Source of the DNA: Patescibacteria group bacterium
GTDB taxonomy: Bacteria > Patescibacteriota > Minisyncoccia > Phycocordibacterales > DATDSR01
NCBI GenBank assembly: GCA_038062165.1
Contig: JBBTXQ010000018.1
Coordinates: 1-58,776, forward strand
Direction: 5' to 3'
Length of the DNA stretch: 58,776 nt
Shown here: positions 43,315-52,016 of the stretch, piece after piece
Layout of the letters: every line of letters starts with the position of its first letter
Numbering within the stretch: the stretch's first letter is position 1
The notes under the pieces: generated by a model
Database searches by the model: none
What the model was told of the DNA's origin: nothing
Seen by the model: the letters and a program-made list of their open reading frames with translations, nothing else
Program-made: the position numbers and the translations under genes

Positions 43315-43387
43315 GGGCGTGTAGCTCAGTTGGTAGAGCACGGAGCTTATACCTCCGCGGTCCCTGGTTCGAGCCCAGGCACGCCCA
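43315..43387 (+). tRNA. tRNA-Ile, anticodon UAU
   Basis: 73-nt cloverleaf: GGGCGTG/CACGCCC acceptor, GCTC-AGTTGGTA-GAGC, CGGAG-CTTATAC-CTCCG, CCTGG-TTCGAGC-CCAGG. CCA is not encoded. Confidence 0.85.
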
Positions 43388-43412
43388 TTAGCCAAACTCG
43401 GACTCTTTTTTG

Positions 43413-43655
43413 TTAGTTGCCACTACAACCATTCTCTTTGCAGAAGGCGCAGACCTCCGGATTGCCGGTGTTTCTGCAACCAGTCCTACAGACTTCACAA
43501 TCAATTTTTTTCAGCCCGGATGTCTGCACTATGTTCTCTATATATGCATTCGTATCACTTAGCTCAACCTTTGATCGAGTGTATTGAACGAGGATAACGA
43601 GAATAGCGATTGTAACTACAAGAGTCAGAATCGAAATTAGTGTATCTTTATTCAT
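43413..43655 (-). CDS. Hypothetical small membrane-anchored Cys-rich protein
   Basis: TM helix ISILTLVVTIAILVILV followed by CEVCRTGCRNTGNPEVCAFCKENGC. Confidence 0.45.
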   Translation of the reverse strand: MNKDTLISILTLVVTIAILVILVQYTRSKVELSDTNAYIENIVQTSGLKKIDCEVCRTGCRNTGNPEVCAFCKENGCSGN

Positions 43656-43726
43656 GCGAATTTAAATAAATTATTAAAGTATATATATCATACAGTAATT
43701 TCGTGGTTTCCATAGTCCCTTATCCA

Positions 43727-46330
43727 CTATTCGAAATGGTGGTTCTGTGAGATGAGACGCTCGGCAAGGAGTGGGTGATTTGCAAGCGCGGGATCAGATT
43801 CGAGGATCGCGCGGGCTTCGGTTCTTGCCGCTTCTACCATTTTCAGATTTAGCAATGCTTCCATGCCCACGTCAGAGATGCCAGACTGTTTGATGCCAAC
43901 AAGTGAACCCGGGCCGCGCAGTTTGAGATCTTCTTCGGCCAGATCAAATCCTGATTTTGCTTTTTCGATAGCCTTCAAACGTGCCGATGTGGTACCTGCC
44001 CCGAGCGTAGTCGAGGGGAAGAGATAGCAATGTGCCTGATAACTTGAGCGCAACACCCGCCCTCTTAATTGGTGCAACTGGGCTAAGCCGAATCTCTCTG
44101 CCCCTTCTATGATAATTATTGTGGCGTTGGGTACGTTCACGCCCACTTCGATCACACTTGTCGCCACCAGAATGTTTATTTCGTTGTTGGCAAATTCGCT
44201 CATGATCTCATCTTTTTCTTTAGCCGACATTTTTCCATGTAGCGAAGCTACAACCAATTCTGGAAAAATGTTTAGGCCCAATTTCTCTGTCTCGCTCATG
44301 ACGTCTTTAGTTTCGAGCGCAAGTTCTTTTTCTGGATCGGGCTCGCTTATTCTGGGGCAGATTACGTATGCTTGTCGGCCAGATTTTATTTCGCGCCTGA
44401 TATGCTCGTACACATTTGCTCTCTCTTTTGGTTGAACTATTTTAGTGATAATTGGTTTGCGGCCGGGTGGCGACTCATCAAGTAGAGTCAAATCCAGATC
44501 TCCATAAATTGTGAAGGCGAGTGTGCGCGGGATAGGCGTAGCCGTCATAGATAAGAGATGCGGAACAAACGCGGAACTATGCGGAATTGACGCGGACGGG
44601 GAACGGGCTTCGTCGTAAACCAAACGTTTTATATCTAATTGTGTGGGGCCGAAATTGACTATGAGGGCCAGTTTATATTGTGATCCTTTAAGGTATTTCC
44701 ATGTTTGAGACGCTACTGTATCACCTAAAAATGGGAGAGCCTTGAGCTCAACTATTACTGAATCCTCGACAAGAAAATCAGGTTGATACAACCCAATCTT
44801 CTTCTCCTTATAGTAAATATCAATTCTTTTTTCTCTAGCAAACTGAAGACCGATCCGTCGGAATTCTTCCTCTAGTGCTCGTTGATAGACAACCTCCGGG
44901 TGACCACCTCCAAGTGTTTTGCGAACCTCGAATGCCGCACCACGTATTTTGTACGTAAGTTGTTCGTACAACAACTCCGTCTTTTCTTTGTTTTGTCTCC
45001 CTTCCGCATTGTTCAGCGTTTGGTCCGCGTTTCTTCCGCGAGCAACGAGCAAGGCTCGTTGCTCTACTCCGAAGCGGTGCTGTTCGTCGATGATTGATAG
45101 GGCCAACTTTTTGAACTTAACAGATTCCTGAATGAGGGCGTGTGTGCCAATCACGATGCTCATCGAGCCGTCAGCAATCCATTTGAGTAATTGTGTGCGC
45201 GATATGTGAGTGCCTGCTCCGAGCGTAATCGAGGGGTGGTTAATTTTTGAGGGAAACTTGCGACATTCACTGCCCGTGAGCAGGCCTATCTGTATCGCCC
45301 CCTCGATCCCCCTCTTACCATAAGAGGGGGAAGGGGGAGATAGGAGTGAAATGAAGCTTTCGAAATGCTGCTTGGCCAGGATCTCTGTGGGGGCCATATA
45401 GGCGACCTGCAAATTATTTTGAATTACAGCATGTGCCGCCGCCGCGGCAACATAAGTTTTGCCCGAACCGACATCGCCTTCAAGTAAGCGCATCATGGGG
45501 TGCGCTCTACCCATGTCATTTAAGATAATTTCAAGGGCCCAGTTCTGTGCTTGGGTGGGCCTGAAGGGGACTTCTAACTTGTCCTTGCTCGATATCTTGT
45601 ATGCCCCAGCCGTTTCGTATTCGTTGCGCGCCTTCTGCCTTGCAATCTGAATGAAGAAAATTTCTTGAAACGAGAAGCGCTTCCTGGCCGCCCGCGCGTC
45701 ACTCTCTCGCTTGGGGCTATGTATATATATGAGTGAGTGAGCAAGCGACGGTAATTTGTACTTCGTCAGAATATCTGTAGGGATCGGATCCCTATGTCTA
45801 TGTTGCTCTACAATCCCAGATTTGAGAACTTTTTGAATCGCATAAGTGAGCCAGAGGCTTGAGATGCCACGGGATTCAGGGTAGACGGGAACTAAGTTAC
45901 CGGGTAACCCCCGGTTACCCGGTAACTGGGAACTGAATAGAGGACCAGATAAATCAGTATCACTGGCAAGTTCTATTGCGGGATTAGTGAAACTTCGTGA
46001 GCCTTTGTACTCTTTAGATTTTCCAGATAGCCTAACAAGAGCGCCTTCAGCGAACTTTTTGGCCATATAAGCCTGACTAAACCAAATTGCTTTAACTTTC
46101 TTGCCCGAGATATCCTCAAGCGTCATCTCGGCAATTGCGACGCGCTTATGCCAACCCTTGCGTGTGCCTTGCGATACTACCTTGGCTATCACGCTCTCCT
46201 CGTGCGATGCGTAGCGAGCAGGGAAGTGGTGCAACAAATCATGAACAGTCAAGAGCCCCAGCTTCTTAAGCCCCCGCCTCTGCGCGTCTTTGAGTCGGAA
46301 GTGATTTTCTAGTTTATCGTTTGGAGTCAA
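43727..46330 (-). CDS. recG: ATP-dependent DNA helicase RecG carrying in-frame insertions; TTG start
   Basis: GDVGSGKT, DEQHRFGV, MTATPIPRTLA and QLHQLRGRV helicase motifs. At 867 aa it looks longer than typical RecG because of the inserted segments. Confidence 0.9.
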   Translation of the reverse strand: MTPNDKLENHFRLKDAQRRGLKKLGLLTVHDLLHHFPARYASHEESVIAKVVSQGTRKGWHKRVAIAEMTLEDISGKKVKAIWFSQAYMAKKFAEGALVRLSGKSKEYKGSRSFTNPAIELASDTDLSGPLFSSQLPGNRGLPGNLVPVYPESRGISSLWLTYAIQKVLKSGIVEQHRHRDPIPTDILTKYKLPSLAHSLIYIHSPKRESDARAARKRFSFQEIFFIQIARQKARNEYETAGAYKISSKDKLEVPFRPTQAQNWALEIILNDMGRAHPMMRLLEGDVGSGKTYVAAAAAHAVIQNNLQVAYMAPTEILAKQHFESFISLLSPPSPSYGKRGIEGAIQIGLLTGSECRKFPSKINHPSITLGAGTHISRTQLLKWIADGSMSIVIGTHALIQESVKFKKLALSIIDEQHRFGVEQRALLVARGRNADQTLNNAEGRQNKEKTELLYEQLTYKIRGAAFEVRKTLGGGHPEVVYQRALEEEFRRIGLQFAREKRIDIYYKEKKIGLYQPDFLVEDSVIVELKALPFLGDTVASQTWKYLKGSQYKLALIVNFGPTQLDIKRLVYDEARSPSASIPHSSAFVPHLLSMTATPIPRTLAFTIYGDLDLTLLDESPPGRKPIITKIVQPKERANVYEHIRREIKSGRQAYVICPRISEPDPEKELALETKDVMSETEKLGLNIFPELVVASLHGKMSAKEKDEIMSEFANNEINILVATSVIEVGVNVPNATIIIIEGAERFGLAQLHQLRGRVLRSSYQAHCYLFPSTTLGAGTTSARLKAIEKAKSGFDLAEEDLKLRGPGSLVGIKQSGISDVGMEALLNLKMVEAARTEARAILESDPALANHPLLAERLISQNHHFE
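44558..45040 (-). mobile_element. In-frame GxxExxY-family (PD-(D/E)xK-like) ORF insertion between RecG helicase motifs II and III, bounded by inverted GCGGAA-type repeats
   Basis: Insert reads LLYEQLTYKIRGAAFEVRKTLGGGHPEVVYQRALEEEF...QPDFLVEDSVIVELKA...LALIVNFG. Flanks 44558-44601 and 44999-45040 are inverted repeats (core gcggaaSaaacgcggaMc, 16/18). Confidence 0.65.
45293..45342. repeat. 50-nt nested palindromic element inserted in frame in recG (antisense to the gene)
   Basis: tatcgccccct-cgat-CCCCCTCTTA-cc-ATAAGAGGGGGA-agggggagata has the same four blocks as pepA 7518-7569. It encodes LSPPSPSYGKRGIEGA in RecG. Confidence 0.7.
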
Positions 46331-46736
46331 GCCCCCAGATTCTACCAGAGTCTGAGGCGGCTAACACGAGAAGTACGAATATGTAGATGATGTGTTCGTC
46401 TATTATGTAGGCGTGGGCATTGGGCATCGGAAATGGCAAGACCAGATAGTAGAGCAACATGAGCAACGCGCCCAAGGGGGCGGAATATTTCACAAAAATT
46501 CCCAAGATAAGCGAGATACCTAAGAGCGTGAGACCCCACTCATTCACGAAATTAGTGATGCTAATAAGGAATGGTGACGAGACTAGCTTGAAAAACCAGA
46601 TGAAGTTCTTGGCCGAACTAATATAACCTGCCGCTGTCCAACTGGGATCAAGCACTTTGGTAATGCCAGCGTAAAGCATGAGCCAACCAGCACCTAGTCT
46701 TAATAATAGAAGCGAAACTTTTTGATATGTACTCAT
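46314..46736 (-). CDS. DoxX-family membrane protein
   Basis: MSTYQKVSLLLLRLGAGWLMLYAGITKV... and four TM helices. Confidence 0.7.
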   Translation of the reverse strand: MSTYQKVSLLLLRLGAGWLMLYAGITKVLDPSWTAAGYISSAKNFIWFFKLVSSPFLISITNFVNEWGLTLLGISLILGIFVKYSAPLGALLMLLYYLVLPFPMPNAHAYIIDEHIIYIFVLLVLAASDSGRIWGLDSKR

Positions 46737-46743
46737 AGCTAAA

Positions 46744-47256
46744 TTATATACCCAAGATGATTTTGGGAAGGGCAAGTTTGAACCAATATGTGTATTTCTC
46801 CGGGTGGGTTGCCAAATCGGCTTGTAGTTTAGCCATATCTATCCAAGCCCACTCATCAGCTTCTTCTGGATCGACCTTGGGTGTGGCGTCCCAAGTGCCG
46901 ATGAATATGTGTAAGAACTCGTGCTCAACCAAACCATTTTCAAAATTGGTTTTGTATATAAAAGAAAATTTTTCTTTCAAGTCACAATCGAAACCCATTT
47001 CCTCTTCTAATCGCCGGTGGGTGGCTTCTTGTAATTTCTCGTTTGGATGTGGATGAGAGCAACAAGCATTAGACCAAAGTCCCCCCGAATGATACTTGCT
47101 CATCGCCCGACGTTGAATAAGCATCTCGCCCTTGCTATTAATTACAAAAATAGAGAAAGCTCTGTGCAAGAGCCCCTTTTTGTGTGCCGCAAGTTTCTCT
47201 TCCGTCCCTATCTCCTTGTCACTCTCGTCAACTAAGACGACTCTGATTTCTTGCAT
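46744..47256 (-). CDS. idi: Isopentenyl-diphosphate delta-isomerase, type 1 (Nudix)
   Basis: LLHRAFSIFVINSKGEMLIQRRAMSKYHSGGLWSNACCSHP...RRLEEEMG. Confidence 0.85.
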   Translation of the reverse strand: MQEIRVVLVDESDKEIGTEEKLAAHKKGLLHRAFSIFVINSKGEMLIQRRAMSKYHSGGLWSNACCSHPHPNEKLQEATHRRLEEEMGFDCDLKEKFSFIYKTNFENGLVEHEFLHIFIGTWDATPKVDPEEADEWAWIDMAKLQADLATHPEKYTYWFKLALPKIILGI

Positions 47257-47310
47257 AGAGTAGCTATGATAACATCTATATGGTAGTTTATAGTTTCAAG
47301 AAGTTGGTGG

Positions 47311-47402
47311 GGAGGCGTGGCTGAGTGGTCTAAAGCGGCACGGTGCTAACGTGTTGAGGGGGTAAAACTCCTCCGCTGGTTCGAATCCAGCCGCCTCCGC
47401 CA
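47311..47402 (+). tRNA. tRNA-Ser, anticodon GCU (CCA encoded)
   Basis: GGAGGCG/CGCCTCC acceptor, anticodon arm GCACG-GTGCTAA-CGTGT, long variable arm, GCTGG-TTCGAAT-CCAGC, G-CCA. Confidence 0.85.
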
Positions 47403-47485
47403 GATGTCCAAGTTCGAACCGAAGTGAAATGAGGGTTTTATACGAGATGTTAAACTTTCCCCTGTTTCCAGTGGATCATTGTTGC

Positions 47486-47491
47486 TATAAT
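47486..47491 (+). promoter_or_regulatory. -10 box 6 nt upstream of the R-M gene ATG (leaderless-type)
   Basis: TATAAT-tactgt-ATG (47498). Confidence 0.45.
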
Positions 47492-47497
47492 TACTGT

Positions 47498-49882
47498 ATG
47501 TCAAAAAACGAGAAAAAAACTGAAAATTTATCTCGTAAACTTCTGACCAAGGCTGGTATCTTTGATAACAGTGATTTTATTGTAGAGGAACAAAAAAGTG
47601 ATAACCCTATAATTCAAAAACTTCTAAAGGGTGCTAGTAAATCGGGTGCAGGTCTAGGGAAACCAGAGTTTATAATTCGTAAAAAGGATGACAACGATTT
47701 TCTGATGATCATTGAGTGTAAGGCAGATACAAAATATCACGAATCAAAAAATAGGGATCTATATAAAGACTATGCCGTTGATGGTGCACTTTTGTACGGA
47801 AGTCATCTGGCTCGGACATTTAATGTCATTGCAATTGGCATAAGTGGAGAAAATGAAGATGATTCAAAAATCAGTACCTATTTATATCCTAAAAATTCAT
47901 CTATTTATACAGATTTGTTGGATGAAAATAATCAAAAGATTCAAAAGATATTAAATTGGGGTAGGTACATCGAAAGAGCGAAATTTGACCCCGTCATGGC
48001 AAAAACACGTCATACAGATTTGATGAAATTTTCCCGTGAATTGCATGATTACTTGCGTGATTACGCAAAAGTAACTGAAGCTCAAAAGCCACTTTTAGTG
48101 AGCGGTGTATTGCTTGCGCTCATGGAAAAGGGTTTTGAGAAGGCATACATTGCCTATGAAGGCGAAGATCTAGCAAGAAAGACATTTCAAGCAATAAAAG
48201 ATGTTATTGATAGTGTCCAGCTTGGAGAAAACCAAGAGTCAAAGAAAAAAGCGGTCATTAACGCTTTTAGTTTTATCGAGCATCATCCAGAATTACATAA
48301 AATTGACATAAAAAAGAACGAATCACCCCTAAAGCATGTGATTCAGGAATTACATCTCCATGTTAAACCTTTTACAGAAAACCACTATGATTTTGATATC
48401 ATCGGTAATTTTTATGGTGAATTTATTCGATATACTGGTGGTGATAAACAGGGACTTGGTATAGTTCTTACTCCTAAACATATTACTGATCTTTTTGCAG
48501 ATATTACAAAAGTCAATAAAAACTCTGTAGTACTTGATATTTGTGCCGGAACCGCTGGATTTCTTATATCGGCCATGAAAAAAATGACTCGAGATGTCGA
48601 TGCAGATGAAAAACGAAGGATACTTGAAAACTCACTCATCGGCATCGAACAGGAGCCTCAGATGTTTGCTCTTGCTGTCTCTAATATGATTCTGCGTGGT
48701 GACGGAAAAACCAACCTTTATCAGGGTGATGGTTTGAGAGATCAGAACATTATTGAAAAAGTAAGAGAAAAAGCAGATACGGGTTTTATCAATCCTCCTT
48801 ATTCACAAAAAGGCGAGGATGTTTCAGAGTGGCATTTTATTATTCAAATGCTTGATTTATTAAAAACAAAAGGCACAGGCATTGCGATTGTGCCGATGCA
48901 ACTTGCTATCGACACAAAGAACCCAATGAGAGAAAAGCTTTTGAAAAATCACCGTCTTGAGGCTGTTATGAGTATGCCGGATGACTTGTTTTATCCCGTC
49001 GGAGTCGTCACTTGCATTATGGTTTTTACTGCACATGTACCACATGAGGGTGACCCACATCATGAAAGTTGGTTCGGATATTGGAAAGATGATGGATTCA
49101 AAAAAGATAGGGTGCAAGGCAGAATTCCCAAGAATGATAAGCTATGGAAAACCATAAAAAATGAATGGTTAGTTAATTTTAGTAATAAAAAAGAAACACC
49201 TGGAAAATCAGTAAGAAAAAAAGTTAGCCAAACAGATGAATGGTGTGTGGAAGCTTACCTAGAAACTGATTACTTAAATTTGTCTGATCAAGAGTTTATT
49301 GAATCTGGAAGACGGTATCTTGCTTTTTTGATAAGGAACGGTGATTTTGCTTTAGTCAGAGAACTTTCCGGAAATAATCGGGAGGTCAAATTAAATTTGG
49401 GGCAATTTAACTGGTTTACATATCAAGATTTGTTTAATAATCCAAAAATCGGAAAAAGTATCGATTTAAACAAACTTGAGGAGTCAGAGGACGGCATAAA
49501 TTATGTTGGTCGTACTGAAGAGAATAATGGTATTACCGCAAAGGTTATAAATGATGGAAGCTTTGAAGTTTATCGAGGTGGGTGCATTACAGTCCCAATG
49601 GTTGGCAATGAGCTTAAGTCAAGTTATCAAACAGATCCTTTTTGTGTATCCCAGAATATCGCTATTTTAGAACCAAAGAATTTTACACTAAATCCATTTT
49701 TAGCTATTTTTCTGAACACAATTATTCGTAAAGATAGATTCCGGTTTGCTTATGGAAGAACTTTAAGTCTTGACCGACTAAAGATGTTAAAAATTAAACT
49801 TCCAACAGACAAAGAAGGGAATCCCAATTGGAAATTTATGGAAGATTATATAAAATCTTTGCCGTATTCAGCGAGCATATAG
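47498..49882 (+). CDS. Single-chain restriction-modification enzyme (Type IIG/IIB-like: PD-ExK nuclease + gamma-class N6-adenine methyltransferase + one target-recognition domain)
   Basis: N-terminal DFLMIIECK; methylase motif I VVLDICAGTAGFLISA and motif IV FINPPYS; C-terminal roughly 250 aa resemble a Type I S-subunit TRD. Confidence 0.75.
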   Translation: MSKNEKKTENLSRKLLTKAGIFDNSDFIVEEQKSDNPIIQKLLKGASKSGAGLGKPEFIIRKKDDNDFLMIIECKADTKYHESKNRDLYKDYAVDGALLYGSHLARTFNVIAIGISGENEDDSKISTYLYPKNSSIYTDLLDENNQKIQKILNWGRYIERAKFDPVMAKTRHTDLMKFSRELHDYLRDYAKVTEAQKPLLVSGVLLALMEKGFEKAYIAYEGEDLARKTFQAIKDVIDSVQLGENQESKKKAVINAFSFIEHHPELHKIDIKKNESPLKHVIQELHLHVKPFTENHYDFDIIGNFYGEFIRYTGGDKQGLGIVLTPKHITDLFADITKVNKNSVVLDICAGTAGFLISAMKKMTRDVDADEKRRILENSLIGIEQEPQMFALAVSNMILRGDGKTNLYQGDGLRDQNIIEKVREKADTGFINPPYSQKGEDVSEWHFIIQMLDLLKTKGTGIAIVPMQLAIDTKNPMREKLLKNHRLEAVMSMPDDLFYPVGVVTCIMVFTAHVPHEGDPHHESWFGYWKDDGFKKDRVQGRIPKNDKLWKTIKNEWLVNFSNKKETPGKSVRKKVSQTDEWCVEAYLETDYLNLSDQEFIESGRRYLAFLIRNGDFALVRELSGNNREVKLNLGQFNWFTYQDLFNNPKIGKSIDLNKLEESEDGINYVGRTEENNGITAKVINDGSFEVYRGGCITVPMVGNELKSSYQTDPFCVSQNIAILEPKNFTLNPFLAIFLNTIIRKDRFRFAYGRTLSLDRLKMLKIKLPTDKEGNPNWKFMEDYIKSLPYSASI

Positions 49883-49906
49883 TGACTTAAAAATGAAACC
49901 CGATGT

Positions 49907-50122
49907 CTATATTGACTCGATTAACCCTCTGCTATAAGAGTTAATTGAATAATCCACGGCATTTCGCCCCTTATCCGACTTCGGTTTTGGCACCTCAAAC
50001 CATTGCGGATGTTGCTTGAACATAGCTCGTAATTCCTGTATACTTTTATCAAGATCTTCGAAGTTCCGGACATCGTCTCCGTCTATGCAATATGTGTATA
50101 ATATATAAATGCAAGATACCAA
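49907..50122 (-). CDS. Hypothetical small protein (weak call)
   Basis: ORF only. It overlaps the start of the next gene by 14 nt. Confidence 0.3.
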   Translation of the reverse strand: MVSCIYILYTYCIDGDDVRNFEDLDKSIQELRAMFKQHPQWFEVPKPKSDKGRNAVDYSINSYSRGLIESI

Positions 50123-51146
50123 GATACAGAATTACTTTTATGTTTTGATTTTGCTTCTGGTGGCCACTCTTTTCGTTTTTATCGCCCTGCCATTTTTATC
50201 TGCTATATTACTTGCCGTTGTGCTCGCTGTTTTGTTCCGGCCGGCTTATGAATTTATTTTGCGCGAGATCACTCGAGGTCGCGAATCTTTAGCCGCTCTC
50301 TTGACAATCTTGGGCGTAGTGCTAGTGATCCTTGTACCGCTTGGCTTTTTGGCCGGACAGATGGTGGGGGATGTGATTGACTTAAGTGAGAAAGTAACAG
50401 AGCCCGGAAGAGTTGATAGCTTCTTTGATTACGCTCGGGACACATTTTCTCGCATCGGAATCAATATTCCCGACAGTGGCAATGATTTACCTGTGCGCGA
50501 CTATGCTCTGCCAGTGGCCAACTGGATCATTGCACACGTTGGCGGCATCTTTGCATCAGTGGCAAGTATCACGCTTACCCTCTTCATTTCTCTCTTGGGT
50601 TTCTTCTCGCTTTTGAAAGATGGTCAGAAGTTGAAAGAATATATTATCAAACTCTCACCCGTGGCCGACAAACTAGATGTGCAAATATTCGATAAAATGC
50701 GTTTGACTGTTAATTCTGTAGTGCGCGGCGCATTAGTACTTGCTGTGATCCAGGGTGTAATTGCAACAATGGGCTATCTCTTATTCAGTCTACCACAACC
50801 CATTCTCTGGGGCGGCCTCACAGCTGTCTCGGCACTTGTGCCCGGGATTGGCACAGCTTTGATAGTTTTTCCCGCGGCCATTTTCTTGCTCATCAGTTCT
50901 GGTTTAGTTAATGGGGTGGGTTTACTTATTTGGGGTATGCTTGCGGTGGGTCTCGTTGATAATTTCTTGGGGCCCAAACTCATGGGCAGGGGAGTCAAGA
51001 TTCATTCGTTTTTAATTTTAATTTCAGTGTTGGGCGGTTTACAGTTTTTTGGTCCGATAGGCTTCATCGCCGGGCCACTAGTTCTCTCGCTCTTGATTGC
51101 CCTGCTTGATATATACCCAATCATCGCCCGCAATCTACAACAATAA
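50109..51146 (+). CDS. AI-2E family transporter (PerM-like permease)
   Basis: Eight or so TM helices and a typical length. A VDNFLGPKLMG motif lies near the C-terminus. Confidence 0.8.
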   Translation: MQDTKIQNYFYVLILLLVATLFVFIALPFLSAILLAVVLAVLFRPAYEFILREITRGRESLAALLTILGVVLVILVPLGFLAGQMVGDVIDLSEKVTEPGRVDSFFDYARDTFSRIGINIPDSGNDLPVRDYALPVANWIIAHVGGIFASVASITLTLFISLLGFFSLLKDGQKLKEYIIKLSPVADKLDVQIFDKMRLTVNSVVRGALVLAVIQGVIATMGYLLFSLPQPILWGGLTAVSALVPGIGTALIVFPAAIFLLISSGLVNGVGLLIWGMLAVGLVDNFLGPKLMGRGVKIHSFLILISVLGGLQFFGPIGFIAGPLVLSLLIALLDIYPIIARNLQQ

Positions 51147-51216
51147 GAAACACCTTTTTGTAACTTTTATTTGACTTAGTTAACCGGTAAGTGTAAGTTA
51201 GTGCTGGAGGTGAACT

Positions 51217-51540
51217 TTGGCCAATAAAATTTGCAGGCGCTGCGAAATAGGTCTTCTTCTTTATTCAGATGATCTAATGAGAGGTTCTGCCGACGGAGTA
51301 CACTGCAACAGTTGCGCCCGTGATCTCGTGATCGAGAAGGAATCAAAAAAGCGGAAAGAGGTTTTGCGCCGACAGAACATTGTTGTTACGACTATAACCC
51401 CAACCGCTACGCCCGAAACGAGTGCAGATAGAGCAGTCAGCAACTTCGAGCCCCTCGACCCAGATGTCCAGGTTATCGACATCCGTTTCTTCAAGGCTGA
51501 AATCAAAGCCTTCAGAGACTATCTTAAGAGCGCAAAATAA
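51217..51540 (+). CDS. Hypothetical zinc-ribbon small protein (GC-richer orphan; TTG start)
   Basis: GGAGGTG lies 6 nt upstream of TTG. CRRC...CNSC. A terminator lies at 51542-51575. Confidence 0.5.
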   Translation: MANKICRRCEIGLLLYSDDLMRGSADGVHCNSCARDLVIEKESKKRKEVLRRQNIVVTTITPTATPETSADRAVSNFEPLDPDVQVIDIRFFKAEIKAFRDYLKSAK

Positions 51541-51541
51541 A

Positions 51542-51575
51542 CCCCGTGAGAGGTCGACCCTCTCACGGGTTTGTT
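51542..51575. terminator. Hairpin between convergent orphan genes
   Basis: cccgtgagagg-tcga-ccctctcacggg followed by tttgttt. Confidence 0.7.
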
Positions 51576-51878
51576 TCATATTAACTTTTTAATGTTGAGC
51601 AATCTTGGTGCTAACCCACCACCAACGAGTTTGAGAAGTTCAGCCCACGAAGCACCAACTCCTCTTCTCGTTTCCCAAGCAAGTGACTGCAAATGCTTCA
51701 AGCGCCACCCGCAGGTGAGTGAATTCTCCATACCCATCCATGCCGTGCGTGACCAAATTCTGCCAGCCAGCATGGCCTCCGCCAGTTTGTCATAAGCCAC
51801 GCCCCCGAGCCACGGCTCGGCAAGGGCAAACTCCGGCCAGCACTCCTTACAGAGTCCTTCTCCGAGTTGCTCAATCAA
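51576..51878 (-). CDS. Hypothetical protein (GC-richer orphan); start unresolved
   Basis: The ORF starts at TTG 51878. A strong GAGGAGGT + ATG at 51910 is in another frame and gives MAKIQMGSSIT-TGA, whose stop overlaps the TTG (TTGA). This is either a coupled uORF or a frameshift. Confidence 0.45.
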   Translation of the reverse strand: MIEQLGEGLCKECWPEFALAEPWLGGVAYDKLAEAMLAGRIWSRTAWMGMENSLTCGWRLKHLQSLAWETRRGVGASWAELLKLVGGGLAPRLLNIKKLI

Positions 51879-52016
51879 GTAATGCTCGATCCCATTTGTA
51901 TTTTGGCCATTTCAGACCTCCTCTGTCTGCATTCTAAACACTAAGGCTTTAATGTCAACTTGCGCGCGTATAATAAGAAGTATAAAGTTAGTCACATTAA
52001 TGATTAGAAATAAAAA

